A DNA stretch of 64,000 nucleotides. It comes from a bacterium (GTDB lineage Bacteria > Bacteroidota > Ignavibacteria > UBA10030). This document shows positions 62,212 to 64,000 of the stretch, in pieces (the first letter of the stretch is position 1; each line of letters opens with the position of its first letter). The DNA lies in the NCBI GenBank assembly GCA_043803945.1, contig JAZDJN010000018.1, forward strand, positions 27,657-91,656, written 5' to 3'. Made by a program: the position numbers and the translations under genes. The notes beneath the pieces are model-generated. The model was not told where the DNA came from. It was given only the letters and a program-made list of their open reading frames with translations, and did not search any database.

Positions 62212-62433
62212 CTATGCGGCGACATGCAGAGGTAAATTCTCGACAACAATTTTCGGTAACTCGCCTTTTCCCAGTACCTCTCGTGCATCTAAAATTTCTA
62301 TACCAATAAGTTTTTCCCCTTCTCCAAAATCCAGAGCAATCTCCTCCGTCAAACGGAGTGTTTTACATTGCTCAACACCTTCAACAAGGCTAATATAGAG
62401 GGCATCTGTTTCTTTTTCATATGATATTTTCAT
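62212..62433 (-). CDS. DUF2283 family putative antitoxin
   Basis: MKISYEKETDALYI...LIGIEILDA signature. Confidence 0.85.
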   Translation of the reverse strand: MKISYEKETDALYISLVEGVEQCKTLRLTEEIALDFGEGEKLIGIEILDAREVLGKGELPKIVVENLPLHVAA

Positions 62434-62444
62434 GATAGACTTCC

Positions 62445-62699
62445 TTAATAGAAAAACGTATAGACGGTTACTACAATTATTTCACTCTCTGTCTCTGATA
62501 TAACAGCAGCAACTTGCTTGATTGCATAATGATGGCCAATCCATTGTTGATTGAATTTAAAATTCATTCTGCAGAGAATGCGATTTTGTTTTCCAGGCTC
62601 TTGCATACCCTCTCGAATAGATTTGATCACCTCTTCCTCAGTCGCACCCCGCGCCTGGCAACGGCTCTTTGCGTGATCTGTCCATCGGATAGGTTTCAT
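62445..62699 (-). CDS. DUF4258 family putative toxin (RelE-like fold)
   Basis: WTDHAKSR...RG and IIVVTVY; paired with DUF2283. Confidence 0.75.
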   Translation of the reverse strand: MKPIRWTDHAKSRCQARGATEEEVIKSIREGMQEPGKQNRILCRMNFKFNQQWIGHHYAIKQVAAVISETESEIIVVTVYTFFY

Positions 62700-62757
62700 G
62701 ACATTGATCTCTTCTTATCCAAAGTACCACTTCCACACAAATCTATCAACAGCTAGA

Positions 62758-62797
62758 AAAAAGAAATCCCGTTCTGAATTGCTTCGGAACGGGATTA
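62758..62797 (-). terminator. rRNA operon terminator
   Basis: Minus strand AATCCCGTTCCGAA-loop-TTCAGAACGGGATT followed by TCTTTTT. Confidence 0.75.
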
Positions 62798-62806
62798 GAA
62801 ATAAAA

Positions 62807-62922
62807 TCTGGCATCGTCCTACTCTCCCATACCGTCACCAGCATAGTACCATCGGCTCTGAGGGGCTTAACTGCTCTGTTCGGAATGGGAAGAGGTGTTA
62901 CACCCTCGATATAGACACCAGA
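62807..62922 (-). rRNA. rrf: 5S ribosomal RNA
   Basis: Conserved CCCATTCCGAAC...AGTTAAG...GATGGTACT...GGGAGAGTAGG on the minus strand. Confidence 0.95.
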
Positions 62923-63084
62923 AAAAAAATCAATTGAGAAAATTTGCACACTCACCAAATTTTTGCGCAACAATTGACCTCCGCTGTTTCACATTACGAA
63001 ACAGACGGAGTCTCGATTTTGCAAGCAAAATCGGACAAGATATTATTGATGCACTGACGATCTTGTCTGTGATCAATAAAAATA

Positions 63085-64000
<916 letters not shown>

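Overview
Bacterial chromosome segment, most consistent with an Ignavibacteria-like (Bacteroidota/Chlorobiota-related) organism. This is an inference from the T9SS-type 'QNYPNPFN' C-terminal sorting domains, Shine-Dalgarno use, TTGACn-N17-TATATT promoters and gene order. The core (17-55 kb) is housekeeping: gcvP, rnc, fabF-acpP-fabG-fabD-fabH-plsX-rpmF-yceD, lpxH, PBP1A, aroKB, ppiD, secDF, tmk, an ECF sigma factor, adk and rlmN. The 3' end of an rRNA operon (23S partial, 5S) lies at the right edge. Four accessory regions stand out. (1) 1-2.5 kb: a HEPN + ParB-like gene pair and an ORF6N gene, each transcription unit starting with the same ~70-nt leader behind an identically spaced sigma70-type promoter. 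(2) 9-17 kb: a decaying island of secreted T9SS-cargo genes, with one ~4.7-kb gene broken by a frameshift and an in-frame TGA, an FG-GAP gene cut by an IS701-family element, and a MITE-like element. (3) 55-56.5 kb: a RAYT transposase with three GTAG-REP hairpins. (4) 58-62.7 kb, directly downstream of the rRNA operon: two toxin-antitoxin pairs, one of which (AbrB-VapC) is translationally coupled to an unknown 210-aa protein and a 740-aa MORC/GHKL ATPase. Region 4 is the best candidate for an undescribed, possibly defence, system.
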